Assembly: GCA_030524175.1 (NCBI GenBank)
Contig: JAUNHC010000010.1
Location: 68,411-132,410 of the forward strand
DNA: 64,000 nt
Source: Eubacteriales bacterium
Lineage (GTDB): Bacteria; Bacillota; Clostridia; Lachnospirales; Lachnospiraceae
Direction: 5' to 3'
This document shows, in pieces, positions 28,751-39,909 of this stretch. A program made the position numbers and the translations under genes. Position 1 is the first letter of the stretch. Every line of letters begins with the position of its first letter. Under the pieces are notes generated by a model, which searched no databases, was not told the DNA's origin, and saw only the letters and a program-made list of their open reading frames with translations.

Positions 28751-30874
28751 TCAGTCTTTTTTGCTGAGGATTTTTTCCTGTACAGACTTCGGTACCGGCT
28801 CGTATTTCTCGAAGAACATAGAGTAGTTACCACGTCCCTGCGTTCTGGAACGTAAGTCTGTTGCATAACCGAACATCTCGGAAAGCGGAACGAATCCACG
28901 GATCATCTTACCTCCGCCGATGTCGTCCATACCTTCGATACGGCCGCGTCGGGAGTTGATATCACCGATTACGTCACCCATGTAATCTTCCGGTGTAGTA
29001 ACTTCGACTCTCATGATAGGCTCAAGAAGAATCGGAGCTGCTTTACGCATAGCATCCTTGAATGCAAGAGAACCTGCAATGTGGAATGCCATCTCGGAGG
29101 AGTCGACTTCATGGTAAGAACCATCGTATACATTTGCATGTATGCCGACTACCGGGTAACCGCCTAAGATACCGGCTTTCATAGCTTCTTCGATACCTTC
29201 GCCTACTGCCGGGATATATTCCTTAGGAATAGCACCGCCGACAACTGTGGTTTCAAACTTGTACAGTTCTTCACCATTGGCATCCATAGGCTCGAATTTA
29301 ACTTTACAGTGACCATACTGTCCACGTCCACCAGACTGTTTTGCGTACTTGCTGTCCACATCCACATTCTTGGTGATGGTTTCTTTGTAAGCAACCTGAG
29401 GAGCACCAACGTTTGCCTCTACTTTGAATTCACGAAGCAGACGGTCTACGATGATTTCCAGATGAAGCTCACCCATACCTGCGATGATGGTCTGTCCTGT
29501 TTCATGGTCTGTATGAGCACGGAAGGTCGGGTCTTCTTCTGCAAGTTTTGCAAGAGCCTCACCCAATTTGCCCTGTCCTGCTTTTGTTTTAGGCTCGATA
29601 GCCAGCTCGATAACTGGTTCCGGGAATTCCATGGATTCCAGGATTACCGGATGCTGGTCATCACAGATGGTATCACCTGTTGTAGTAAATTTGAAACCAA
29701 TTGCTGCTGCGATATCGCCGGAGTATACTTTATCCAGCTCCATACGCTTATTAGCGTGCATCTGCAGGATACGTCCGACACGTTCTTTCTTGTTCTTAGT
29801 AGCGTTTAATACATAAGAACCGGAATTCATAGTACCGGAGTATACGCGGAAATATGCCAGCTTACCAACAAATGGGTCTGTCATGATCTTAAATGCAAGG
29901 GCTGCAAATGGTTCGTCATCTGATGAATGTCTCACGATCGGATTACCGTCAATATCAGTTCCCTCAATAGCAGGGATGTCGATAGGAGCCGGCATGAACT
30001 CGATCACTGCATCCAAAAGCTTCTGAACACCTTTGTTCCTGTAAGCTGTACCACAGCAGACCGGAACTGCTGAACAGTCACAGGTTCCTTTGCGGAGTGC
30101 CTCTTTCAGCTTCTCAACGGTCGGTTCTTCACCTTCCAGATACTCCATCATAAGATCATCATCTAACTCGCAGATTTTCTCTACAAGTTCTGTATGATAA
30201 AGTTCAGCATCATCTGCCATGTCTTCCGGGATATCAGTGATAGAAATATCTTCACCCTTGTCGTCATTGTAGATGTATGCTTTCATTTCGAATAAGTCAA
30301 TGATTCCTTTAAACTCATCTTCTTTTCCGATTGGCAGCTGCAGGCAGATCGCGTTTTTACCGAGACGGGTTTTAATCTGTTCTACAGCACCGTAAAAGTC
30401 TGCACCCAGGATATCCATCTTATTGATGAATGCCATACGGGGTACATTGTAGGTGTCAGCCTGGCGCCATACGTTTTCAGACTGCGGCTCAACGCCTCCC
30501 TTTGCACAGAAGACGCCGACAGCGCCGTCAAGTACACGTAAGGAACGCTCAACCTCTACTGTAAAGTCAACGTGTCCCGGGGTATCGATAATGTTAATAC
30601 GATGCTCCTGGGCACCTGCCTTGGGCTGGCAGTTTTCCTGCAAAGTCCAGTGACATGTGGTAGCCGCTGATGTGATGGTGATACCTCTCTCCTGTTCCTG
30701 CTCCATCCAGTCCATGGTAGCAGTACCTTCATGGGTATCTCCGATTTTATAGTTGACACCTGTATAATAAAGGATACGTTCTGTAAGAGTTGTTTTACCC
30801 GCATCGATATGAGCCATAATACCAATATTTCTGGTTCTCTCTAATGGGTACTCTCTTCCTTCTTTTCCAGCCAA
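28751..30874 (-). CDS. fusA: Elongation factor G
   Basis: [37 protein letters not shown]; TTG start with GAGGAGG RBS. Confidence 0.99.
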   Translation of the reverse strand: MAGKEGREYPLERTRNIGIMAHIDAGKTTLTERILYYTGVNYKIGDTHEGTATMDWMEQEQERGITITSAATTCHWTLQENCQPKAGAQEHRINIIDTPGHVDFTVEVERSLRVLDGAVGVFCAKGGVEPQSENVWRQADTYNVPRMAFINKMDILGADFYGAVEQIKTRLGKNAICLQLPIGKEDEFKGIIDLFEMKAYIYNDDKGEDISITDIPEDMADDAELYHTELVEKICELDDDLMMEYLEGEEPTVEKLKEALRKGTCDCSAVPVCCGTAYRNKGVQKLLDAVIEFMPAPIDIPAIEGTDIDGNPIVRHSSDDEPFAALAFKIMTDPFVGKLAYFRVYSGTMNSGSYVLNATKNKKERVGRILQMHANKRMELDKVYSGDIAAAIGFKFTTTGDTICDDQHPVILESMEFPEPVIELAIEPKTKAGQGKLGEALAKLAEEDPTFRAHTDHETGQTIIAGMGELHLEIIVDRLLREFKVEANVGAPQVAYKETITKNVDVDSKYAKQSGGRGQYGHCKVKFEPMDANGEELYKFETTVVGGAIPKEYIPAVGEGIEEAMKAGILGGYPVVGIHANVYDGSYHEVDSSEMAFHIAGSLAFKDAMRKAAPILLEPIMRVEVTTPEDYMGDVIGDINSRRGRIEGMDDIGGGKMIRGFVPLSEMFGYATDLRSRTQGRGNYSMFFEKYEPVPKSVQEKILSKKD

Positions 30875-30891
30875 TGGGTTTTCCTCCTCTA

Positions 30892-31530
<639 letters not shown>

Positions 31531-31610
31531 TCAATGCTTCGGCCTTTTCTTTCCGATCACTCAATGATCGGAAGCAGCAAAAATTACTTCACTGCGCCGG
31601 GCAAATTTCT

Positions 31611-32027
31611 TTATTTCTTTTTCGGTCTCTTAGCGCCGTATTTGGAACGGGCCTGTTTTCTGTTAGCGACACCTGCGGTATCCAGAGTACCTCTGATGAT
31701 ATGATATCTGGTACCAGGTAAGTCCTTAACCCTTCCTCCACGGATCAGAACAACGCTATGCTCCTGAAGGTTGTGACCTTCTCCTGGGATGTAGCTTGTT
31801 ACTTCGATACCGTTGGAAAGACGAACTCTGGCGATTTTTCTAAGAGCTGAGTTAGGCTTCTTAGGGGTAGCTGTTTTAACAGCTGTGCACACACCACGTT
31901 TCTGTGGTGCAGACTGTTCTACTGATTTTTTTCTTAATGAGTTAAAAGTCTTCTGCAGAGCCGGAGCTGTAGATTTCTTTACAGTTGTCTGACGTCCTTT
32001 TCTTACTAACTGGTTGAATGTTGGCAT
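31611..32027 (-). CDS. rpsL: 30S ribosomal protein S12
   Basis: [22 protein letters not shown] (wild-type Lys), RVKDLPG. Confidence 0.99.
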   Translation of the reverse strand: MPTFNQLVRKGRQTTVKKSTAPALQKTFNSLRKKSVEQSAPQKRGVCTAVKTATPKKPNSALRKIARVRLSNGIEVTSYIPGEGHNLQEHSVVLIRGGRVKDLPGTRYHIIRGTLDTAGVANRKQARSKYGAKRPKKK

Positions 32028-32138
32028 TCCATTTCACCTCCCGATTTATTTCTCCATAAGCTTCTTATGGGGCCTTGCGGTTGCTATTGTCAATTTTATG
32101 CGCACCAAAAAACTTGCGTCTCTTTTGCACGCTTGCTC

Positions 32139-32167
32139 ATTATATCCCGTAAATTTCTTGATGTCAA
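32139..32167 (-). promoter_or_regulatory. str operon promoter
   Basis: Consensus TTGACA-17 bp-TATAAT on the minus strand. Confidence 0.85.
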
Positions 32168-32221
32168 GGGATTTTACGAGGTTTTTACAATTTCTGCGGG
32201 GAGCCCGGAAAGTTGTCGAAC

Positions 32222-32621
32222 GGTGAGGAGAAGGAACTCCGGTGCGGGGGCTATCGCTTGCGGCGGACAGATCTAGTGTACTGACCGGACTACTTTCAGC
32301 CAGACAGTGCGGCATATTAGGTCAGTCTGCAAGGCGGCGGAAGGAAGCGTAGCGGTGGCTACGCTGACTGACAACAACGCAGCAGATGACAAAATATGCC
32401 GTGCTGTCTGGCTGAAAGTAGTCCGGTCAGTGCACTGGCTTTCATTTGTCGCTGGGGACGGAAAAGGCGTGCGGCAACTCGCAGCGTTTGCTGATGCAAA
32501 CGCTGCTCAGACAGGCCTTACTCCGTGCCAGGGCACGGCTTTTCCTGATCGCTCCAACTGAAAGCCAAGATCTGTCTCGTCCTCGCTCAACGCCCCCGCA
32601 CCGGAGTTCCTTCTCCTCACC
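32222..32621. repeat. 400-bp non-coding palindromic element A (REP/MITE-like)
   Basis: Perfect 29-bp terminal inverted repeat (32222-32250 / 32593-32621); inner 43-bp inverted repeat (32276-32318 / 32393-32435). Confidence 0.8.
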
Positions 32622-32761
32622 TTCCTCTACATTTCCACCCCTTTATGGCGTACGTATTCACCAGAATATTTCTTAAAAGGCGGAACATAACATAGTCTAT
32701 CGCCCACGTTACGCCAATAAAAGTTACGCATACAATAGGTACGTACCGCCTTGAAACGTCA

Positions 32762-33054
32762 GCTTTGGCGTAAGGCTGCGGGTGGGGCGGGGTGGGGGAG
32801 AACGGGCGGAGGTGCTTTGAGCAAGCATTTGGAATCACTTAGCGGGTGAGGCGGCCTGCGCCGAGGTGATTTTGTGCCACAAGCACAAAATCAAGGGAGC
32901 CCTGTTTGAGCTAAATTCTCATCAGAGAATTTAGCGAGTTGGCGACCGCTCCGACAAAACAGACCGCCTCAGCCGCTTAGTGATTCCATGCGAAGCGAAC
33001 GTACCGCCGCCCGTTCTCCCACGCCCCGTCCCACCCGCAGCCTTACGCCAAAGC
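32762..33054. repeat. 293-bp non-coding palindromic element B (REP/MITE-like)
   Basis: ~52-bp near-perfect terminal inverted repeat, a second ~28-bp stem and two internal hairpins. Confidence 0.8.
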
Positions 33055-33108
33055 GTCCCTCCCCTAAAACCCCCAAAATTATTTCTTCCTATATAAATGC
33101 AAACCTCA

Positions 33109-33137
33109 TTGCTTTTTCTCCAAACCTTCATTATAAT
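33109..33137 (+). promoter_or_regulatory. Promoter of the amidase gene
   Basis: TTGCTT-17 bp-TATAAT. Confidence 0.55.
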
Positions 33138-33220
33138 AACAACCATAACCAAATTGCCAAATACATAGGAATTATCCCCAATCATCATATAACCTATACA
33201 CATAAAAGAAAGGAATTGCC

Positions 33221-34216
33221 ATGAAAAAAAAGCCTAACATTATGCCGGTCATTTTATTCCTCACCGGCCTTCTGTGTATCGCTGCGCTTTTATTCTTCAG
33301 CTATACCACCTATGAGCAGATGGAAAGCACGGAAAAAGATTTGGCCGCATCCGCAGAGTATATTACAAAAATACAGCAGGAAATAAAAGAGGATGAAGAG
33401 ATTTTTACCGCTGCAGTAGAAAAGAAACAGGCTGCCCTTAAGTATCAGCAGCAGAAAGCTTTGACTGCCCATCAGAAAAAATCTCAGGAACGTGCTCCCG
33501 AATACGAAAATGAAGAGACTTCCCCTTCTGTTTTCAGCCGGGCCGGAGCCGATGAGTTCAGTGATACTCCTGCTGCCGAAAACGGACATGTAATAGGTAT
33601 CGACCCCGGACACCAAAGTGAGTCAGTTGATATGAGCGAACTGGAACCTAACGGGCCCGGTTCCTCGGAGATGAAAGCCAAAGCAAGCACCGGCACTCAG
33701 GGCTCCTACACAGGGGTTCTTGAATATGAACTGAATCTCCAGGTTTCTCTGAAACTGAGGGATATTCTGGAGCAGCGGGGATATCAGGTGGTAATGACAA
33801 GGACTGACAATGACACTGCCATAAGCAATAAGGAACGGGCCCAGTATGTGGCTGAACAGGGCGCTGAGATTTATGTGCGTATTCATGCAAACGGTGATGA
33901 TTCCCACACTGTCTCAGGAGCATTGTCCATGTCTCCTTCGTCCCAGAATCCTTATATCCCCCAGCTCTATGATGCTTCCAACCGCCTGTCCCAATGCATT
34001 CTTGACTCTTACTGCCAGGCAACAGGCTTCCAGAATCTGGGCATACAATACTATGATAACATGACAGGGATCAATTGGAGCAGTGTTCCTGTCACTATCC
34101 TGGAAATGGGATTTATGACATATGAAAGTGATGACCGTCAGATGAATGATGCATCATTCCAAGACACAATGGCTGAAGGAATCGCCAATGGAATAGACGC
34201 CTATTTCAATTCATAA
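33221..34216 (+). CDS. Membrane-anchored N-acetylmuramoyl-L-alanine amidase (Amidase_3)
   Basis: IGIDPGH, EYELNL, SNKERA, RIHAN, ILEMGFMT; N-terminal TM + coiled coil. Confidence 0.92.
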   Translation: MKKKPNIMPVILFLTGLLCIAALLFFSYTTYEQMESTEKDLAASAEYITKIQQEIKEDEEIFTAAVEKKQAALKYQQQKALTAHQKKSQERAPEYENEETSPSVFSRAGADEFSDTPAAENGHVIGIDPGHQSESVDMSELEPNGPGSSEMKAKASTGTQGSYTGVLEYELNLQVSLKLRDILEQRGYQVVMTRTDNDTAISNKERAQYVAEQGAEIYVRIHANGDDSHTVSGALSMSPSSQNPYIPQLYDASNRLSQCILDSYCQATGFQNLGIQYYDNMTGINWSSVPVTILEMGFMTYESDDRQMNDASFQDTMAEGIANGIDAYFNS

Positions 34217-34272
34217 AAACTTTGCATCCAAAATGTTTTTTACTGTTGATATTCCAGAAGGGAGTAATTGAT

Positions 34273-35367
34273 ATGAGTGATAATAATTTAGAACCGAAAA
34301 AACCTGTTTTTCTTTATGTGGTCATCGCCGTACTGACAGCCGCCCTTATTTCTCTTGGAGTGCTGACTTTCTTTTCTCTTGACAAGCTTGCCTCCCTCCA
34401 GGCAAAGGTGGTGGCGCTTCAGGATACTGTCCAGGAAATCTCCTCCTCCGCAGCCGCCTTAAGCCAGCAGGCAGATGAGCTTGCGAAGCTTCAGGAGCAG
34501 GAGGCAGCCACGCCCCAAGAACCTGAACAGCAGGCACAGACCGGCCAGGAACAGACGGATCAGCCCCAGGGTGAGGGAACACTTTCCCCCTCAAACGGAA
34601 GTACCTTCACAGAGAATACTGACGAAAGTATGGACAATCTCCTCTCACAGATCAACGGATTATTGCCCCAGAATAACGGTACCTGGTCTGTGTATGTGTG
34701 CAATCTTCTGAAACATTCAGAGGGAACCATCAATGAAACAGCAATGCAGGCGGCCAGTCTGATCAAACTGTACATCATGGGGACAGTGTATGAGAACTAT
34801 GACCAGCTCTCCCAGCAATATGGCGCAGAAAGCCTGGACGGAAACCTGAATTCCATGATCACCGTAAGCGACAACGATGCTGCCAACACCCTGGTAAACT
34901 GGCTGGGCGGGGGAGACGACGCATCAGGTATGGCTAAAGTAAATGCCTTTTGTCAGGCCCACGGCTATACCAGCACGTCCATGGGACGGCTTCTCCTTCA
35001 AAGTAATGAAAACGGAGACAACTATACTTCTGTGAGAGACTGCGGTGCATTTTTAAGGGAGATATATGAGATCAGCAACGGTACAGCGGAAAATCCCACT
35101 CTTTCCAAAGCAGAGAATATGTATTATCTCCTGAAACTTCAGACCCTTAAAAATAAAATCCCCGCTCAAATGCCGGAGGGTGTACATGTTGCCAATAAAA
35201 CAGGAGAACTGAGCAATGTGGAAAATGACGCCGGGATCATCTATGATACGGCTAACGGAATTGATCTTGTGATATGCTTTATGTCCGAGAACGTAGCAGA
35301 CACAGGGGCTGCCCAGGCAAGCATTGCCCAGAACAGCCGCCTGATCTATGGGTATTATAACGAATAA
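34273..35367 (+). CDS. Membrane-anchored class A beta-lactamase-like serine hydrolase
   Basis: SLIK (SxxK), SDN and KTG motifs; N-terminal TM, coiled coil and Q/E-rich linker. Confidence 0.85.
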   Translation: MSDNNLEPKKPVFLYVVIAVLTAALISLGVLTFFSLDKLASLQAKVVALQDTVQEISSSAAALSQQADELAKLQEQEAATPQEPEQQAQTGQEQTDQPQGEGTLSPSNGSTFTENTDESMDNLLSQINGLLPQNNGTWSVYVCNLLKHSEGTINETAMQAASLIKLYIMGTVYENYDQLSQQYGAESLDGNLNSMITVSDNDAANTLVNWLGGGDDASGMAKVNAFCQAHGYTSTSMGRLLLQSNENGDNYTSVRDCGAFLREIYEISNGTAENPTLSKAENMYYLLKLQTLKNKIPAQMPEGVHVANKTGELSNVENDAGIIYDTANGIDLVICFMSENVADTGAAQASIAQNSRLIYGYYNE

Positions 35368-35372
35368 AATTT

Positions 35373-36374
35373 TTACCGCGTAGTGCCTCCATCTACAAAT
35401 TTTACAGGCAGGATTGTAAGGATATCTGTGTCCTCACCGCGGATCTTCCTGAGAACAAGCTCCACGCTTTTTTGCGCCATTTCCTCCACAGGCTGGGCGA
35501 TACTGGAAACCATATATTCCCCCCTGTTCATCATGCGCAAACCATCATGGCCGATAATCTGAACCTCCTTGGGAACCTGGATGCCAAGCTTGCGCATCTG
35601 TGTGAGAAGGACCCAAGCCAGGGAGTCTGTACTGGTATAGATGCCGTCATAGCGCATCCTTCCAGTACGCCTGCAGGAGATCAGGAAATCACATAGAGCA
35701 TGGTCTATAGAGGAATGGCCGTTCTCAAATATCTGGAAATCATCTCCCAGATCAACAGTTTCACAGGGAATTCCGCTGGCCTTACAGCAATCCGCAAACC
35801 CTGTTCCTCTTTTCAAAGTTTCTCCGGAAACAACAGAGCCGCTTCGAAGATAGAGAAGACTCTTACTTCCTGTAGAAATCATTTTCTGAGCTGCCAGTTC
35901 CCCGCCGTGATAGTTGTCGGAACTGATGCAGCTCACTTTTTTTTCAAAATGCCGGTCAAGGGAAACTAAAGGAATCTCCTCTGATACATAAGGCTCTGCA
36001 TCACGGTAGGTTACGCAGATGATCCCGTCAACCTTATTCTGCGCGGCCATGCGGAAATAATACTCTTCCTTCTCAATGGTGCCCTGAGTGTTGCACAGGA
36101 GCATTTTATATCCGTTTTTGTATAGTTCCTGCTCAATATGGTAAACCCAGATTGCAAAAAACGGATTCAGGATCTCTGGTACAATAGCTGCAACAGTACA
36201 AGTATTCCTGGTCTTCAGTCCGCGGGCATAGAAATTCATCTGATATCCCAGCTTCTTAACGGACTCTTCCACCTTCATTCTATTCTTCTCGCTTACATAC
36301 TGACCGTTGATCACTTTTGAAACAGTACCAACTGCAACGCCGGCGTCTTGTGCTACATCCTTAATGGTTACCAT
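35373..36374 (-). CDS. LacI family transcriptional regulator
   Basis: TIKDVAQDAGVAVGTVSKVING HTH; periplasmic-binding-protein-like C-terminus. Confidence 0.93.
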   Translation of the reverse strand: MVTIKDVAQDAGVAVGTVSKVINGQYVSEKNRMKVEESVKKLGYQMNFYARGLKTRNTCTVAAIVPEILNPFFAIWVYHIEQELYKNGYKMLLCNTQGTIEKEEYYFRMAAQNKVDGIICVTYRDAEPYVSEEIPLVSLDRHFEKKVSCISSDNYHGGELAAQKMISTGSKSLLYLRSGSVVSGETLKRGTGFADCCKASGIPCETVDLGDDFQIFENGHSSIDHALCDFLISCRRTGRMRYDGIYTSTDSLAWVLLTQMRKLGIQVPKEVQIIGHDGLRMMNRGEYMVSSIAQPVEEMAQKSVELVLRKIRGEDTDILTILPVKFVDGGTTR

Positions 36375-36429
36375 ATTATTCTCCAAACTCTCAGCAATTC
36401 ATATTTTCAGGCTTCACTGCCATTGACCC

Positions 36430-37974
36430 TTACACTGAATAAGAGCACCATCGGCAGACAGCATCCAGATTTTTAGATACCGTCAGGTTCCATACTTTTC
36501 CCAGGATATCCTCTTCCGTTTCTGCTATACCATAAATTGTACCATTTCCCCCGAAAAATTCAATGGCCTCCTGATCTATAATAATGATTATTTCCTGAGA
36601 TTTTTCCCTGTCAAAACCCACATTTGCAATATCCATATGGGTATTCTGATCCCCAATATTAAATATTCCTCTCCCGAAATCCACATTTATTACAAGATTT
36701 CCTATCTGAAGCTTCCATTCTCCCTCAGATTTTTCCTTTGTTGTAAGATAAAGACGCACTGCCTTGCCTTCCGGCGCAAATGTCTCCCCTGTAAGTTCCT
36801 GAGATTCTCCCTCTGCTCCGGATATTTCTTCAGCAGGCCGGAATCCTGTTACGTATTCTCCATTTTCATTGATAAGGAAAAGCTCTGTGGGCAGAGACAT
36901 CAGCCCCCTGTAATTTCCCCTGTCATTATTCATGCGCAGCCATGCCATACTGATCACACGGCCCGGAGTTCCGCTGAAAGTCTGGGCTGCATAGGGAAGC
37001 CTGGTACTGTAGGCCATCTTGCGGTCACCTTCAGCCGCAAACCGGAAGCCGTCAAAATTCCCCACCACATAATAGCCGTCGGCAGACCAAAACACCCATT
37101 TACTCTGTCCCGGCATATTCTCAACCTTCAGTTCAAATAAATCAGGACATTCCCACATTCCCGGAATCTCCAGTCTCTGCGTCTCTTTCCACTCCAGCAG
37201 GTTCTCTGAACGGTACAGCGCAAATTCATTTCCATCCAGATATAAAACCATGATGTATGCTTTGCTCTTATCATGGTAGAAAACCTTAGGATCCCGATTT
37301 TCATTTACCATATGTTCCATAAGAAATTTGTCTGAGGGAATAAGAGTCTCTCCTCCATCCACTGAATAAGCAAGTCGCTGGGTAAAAAGATTTCCAGCAT
37401 CCCTGGACCACTGGTTTCTTCCTCCTGCCGCTGTGTAATAAAAGAGCAATGCATTCTCCCCGCAGCCGGCAAGATTATCCTTGTCCACGATTCCGCAGCC
37501 GGAGTACATGGTACCCAGCTCATTTGGCACAAGAGCAGCCGGCTTGTATTCCCAATGGATGAGGTCTATACTCTGCACATGTCCCCAATGCATATTCCCC
37601 CAGTGAACCCCATAGGGATTCCACTGATAATACAGATGGTACACTCCGTCTGCATACACCATTCCGTTAGGGTCGTTGTGCCACCCCACCTCCGGACTGA
37701 AATGAAGCTTTGGCCGGAAGGGATAAACATTTCCGGGCTTTTCCGTCCAGCAGAAAATCCCTCTGAGCAATGTCTCATCTTCCCCTTCAATGGTCATTTC
37801 TTTTCCCAAGTATGGCGATGTATCCATTGCTGTATAGAAGCCTCTGCCTGTTTCCCCCAGACGGATATCTATTTCCTGGATCTTTTTTCCTTCTATATAT
37901 AAGTGGAGCTTTTGTTCCTTTGCATTTTTGTCCACAGGCATCCACAAATACGGTCCCGTAATTTTCAAAATCAT
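36430..37974 (-). CDS. GH32 beta-fructosidase/levanase
   Basis: WHNDPNG, RDP and WECPD catalytic motifs; start re-placed after GGAGG. Confidence 0.92.
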   Translation of the reverse strand: MILKITGPYLWMPVDKNAKEQKLHLYIEGKKIQEIDIRLGETGRGFYTAMDTSPYLGKEMTIEGEDETLLRGIFCWTEKPGNVYPFRPKLHFSPEVGWHNDPNGMVYADGVYHLYYQWNPYGVHWGNMHWGHVQSIDLIHWEYKPAALVPNELGTMYSGCGIVDKDNLAGCGENALLFYYTAAGGRNQWSRDAGNLFTQRLAYSVDGGETLIPSDKFLMEHMVNENRDPKVFYHDKSKAYIMVLYLDGNEFALYRSENLLEWKETQRLEIPGMWECPDLFELKVENMPGQSKWVFWSADGYYVVGNFDGFRFAAEGDRKMAYSTRLPYAAQTFSGTPGRVISMAWLRMNNDRGNYRGLMSLPTELFLINENGEYVTGFRPAEEISGAEGESQELTGETFAPEGKAVRLYLTTKEKSEGEWKLQIGNLVINVDFGRGIFNIGDQNTHMDIANVGFDREKSQEIIIIIDQEAIEFFGGNGTIYGIAETEEDILGKVWNLTVSKNLDAVCRWCSYSV

Positions 37975-38054
37975 TCTGATTCCTCCTGTAAAACATATTA
38001 TAGTAAAAGCAGGGCAGAAAACAGTTGTTCCGCCCTGCACAGCAGCACTCATTC

Positions 38055-38900
38055 TTAGTTCTTTGCACCTGTAGACGCGATTCCGGCCACATAATATTTC
38101 TGCATGGCCAAAAACAGGATCAACACCGGAATAGTGACTATTGTAAGACCTGCCATAACATTGCCATAGTTCACAGGCTGTATATTAAACAGACTGCTGA
38201 GAGCCATTTGGATTGTCTGTTTGGCGGTATCCGAAATGACCATAACAGGCCATACGAAATCATTCCAATAAGCAATAAACACAAGAATAGTAACAGTTGC
38301 GTACACCGGTTTTGCCAAAGGTACGATCAATTGAAAAAAGGTTCTCAATGCACTGGCTCCGTCAAGCTTTGCCGCCTCCTCAATACTCTCCGGAATCCCC
38401 ATAAAATTCTGTCTGAAGAGAAAAATATACATGGGACTGGCAATTGCCGGGAGAATCAGGGCAAGATAAGAGTTAGACAACCCCATCTTGTAAACAATGG
38501 AAAACTGAGGCAGCATAACAGTCTGTGCCGGTATGATCATGACAGCAAGGATAATAGAAAAAATCAAATTCTTTTTTGGAAATTTCAATCTTGCAAAAGC
38601 ATAGCCTGCCATGGAATTTACCACCAGTCCTAAAACAATGATCACTGCTATATATCCGAAGGAGTTAAGCATTGCCTGAAGCAGCGGTAATTTGTTGATC
38701 ACCTCTTTATAGTTGAAGAAAATATCCTGCTGAAAGCTGGGTATGAATGCCTTAAGGCTTGTAATATCTGTAAAGATCGCGGAATCATCCTTAAACGAAC
38801 TCATGATCATCCAAAGGAGAGGAAACATAAATACCAGTGCAGTGACGATAAGCACAAGATAATTGACCGCTTTTCTGGATGTTGTCATTTTTCTCTGCAT
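38055..38900 (-). CDS. Carbohydrate ABC permease
   Basis: EEAAKLDGAS, WNDFVWP. Confidence 0.92.
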   Translation of the reverse strand: MQRKMTTSRKAVNYLVLIVTALVFMFPLLWMIMSSFKDDSAIFTDITSLKAFIPSFQQDIFFNYKEVINKLPLLQAMLNSFGYIAVIIVLGLVVNSMAGYAFARLKFPKKNLIFSIILAVMIIPAQTVMLPQFSIVYKMGLSNSYLALILPAIASPMYIFLFRQNFMGIPESIEEAAKLDGASALRTFFQLIVPLAKPVYATVTILVFIAYWNDFVWPVMVISDTAKQTIQMALSSLFNIQPVNYGNVMAGLTIVTIPVLILFLAMQKYYVAGIASTGAKN

Positions 38901-38918
38901 CTATAGCACTCTCCTTTC

Positions 38919-39821
38919 TTAATCTTCGTTGCTTTTTGATGTAAGCTTATTTTGTATCAAAGTAATTATCAAAACCAGTACTGTAAATACAAATGCCATG
39001 GCTGAAGCATATCCCATCTGGCTGTATTTGAACCCAGTCTGATAGATTTCATAAACGATGGTCATTGTGGAGTTCTGAGGGCCGCCGCCTGTCATCATCA
39101 TCGGCTGCACAATAAGCTGGAAGGCGCTTACCACAATGGAAAGACTGATAAACACTGTAATATTCCGAAGGCCCGGTATGGTGATATTTCGGAACTGCTG
39201 AAAGGGTGTTGCCCCGTCCACCGCTGCTGCCTCGTACAGATAAGCCGGTATATCCTGAAGCCCTGACAGAAAAATCATCATCTGGAAACCGCAGCCCTGC
39301 CAGGCCGAGAGTATGACAATACAAAGCATTGCCGTTTTAGGATCATTCAGGAACTTAAACGGCCCAATCCCCACACTCCCCAAAAGGGAGTTCAAAAGGC
39401 CGTTATTCGGATTATAAATATAAGTCCACAGAATAGACACTACAACCAGGGAAAGCACTGTTGGTGCGAAAAATGCCATACGGAAAACAGAAATCCCTTT
39501 TAACTTCTTATTGATCAGCAGCGCCAGTCCCAGAGCCAGGCATACCTGAAGCGGAACTACCAATAATACAAATACAAAGGTATTGATAATGCTCTTCATA
39601 AAAACTGTATCCTGGGTAAGCTTTATGAAGTTTTTCAACCCTACAAATTCCATTGCCTGAGGTTTCAGAATATTGTAATTGGTAAAGCTGTAGCCAAGAG
39701 TCATCAGAAACGGAATAAACAGGAAAATAAACAGCAGGATGGCTGCGGGAGTGATAAACGCAAGCCCTGTCCAATTCTCCTTGGTCAGCTTTTTTCTTTT
39801 TGCTGCGGCCGGTGATTTCAT
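38919..39821 (-). CDS. Carbohydrate ABC permease
   Basis: SGLQDIP..YEAAAVDGA, TGGGP. Confidence 0.92.
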   Translation of the reverse strand: MKSPAAAKRKKLTKENWTGLAFITPAAILLFIFLFIPFLMTLGYSFTNYNILKPQAMEFVGLKNFIKLTQDTVFMKSIINTFVFVLLVVPLQVCLALGLALLINKKLKGISVFRMAFFAPTVLSLVVVSILWTYIYNPNNGLLNSLLGSVGIGPFKFLNDPKTAMLCIVILSAWQGCGFQMMIFLSGLQDIPAYLYEAAAVDGATPFQQFRNITIPGLRNITVFISLSIVVSAFQLIVQPMMMTGGGPQNSTMTIVYEIYQTGFKYSQMGYASAMAFVFTVLVLIITLIQNKLTSKSNED

Positions 39822-39909
39822 AGGTCACATCCCCCTTTCTCTTTCTTATTGTAACCAGGAGGTGCAAAGGGAAAGCTCTATTCTTCCCCTTGTACCCCTG
39901 CAGAAGATG

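Noticed and set aside
31850-31880. Streptomycin-resistance allele in rpsL
   Set aside because: The TPKKPNS motif is wild type
32307-33224. Short ORFs inside the palindromic elements
   Set aside because: Low-complexity Pro/Arg-rich translations produced by GC-rich inverted repeats
34273-35367. Bona fide beta-lactam resistance gene
   Set aside because: Membrane-tethered with a stalk and no clear Glu166 omega-loop; fold similarity only
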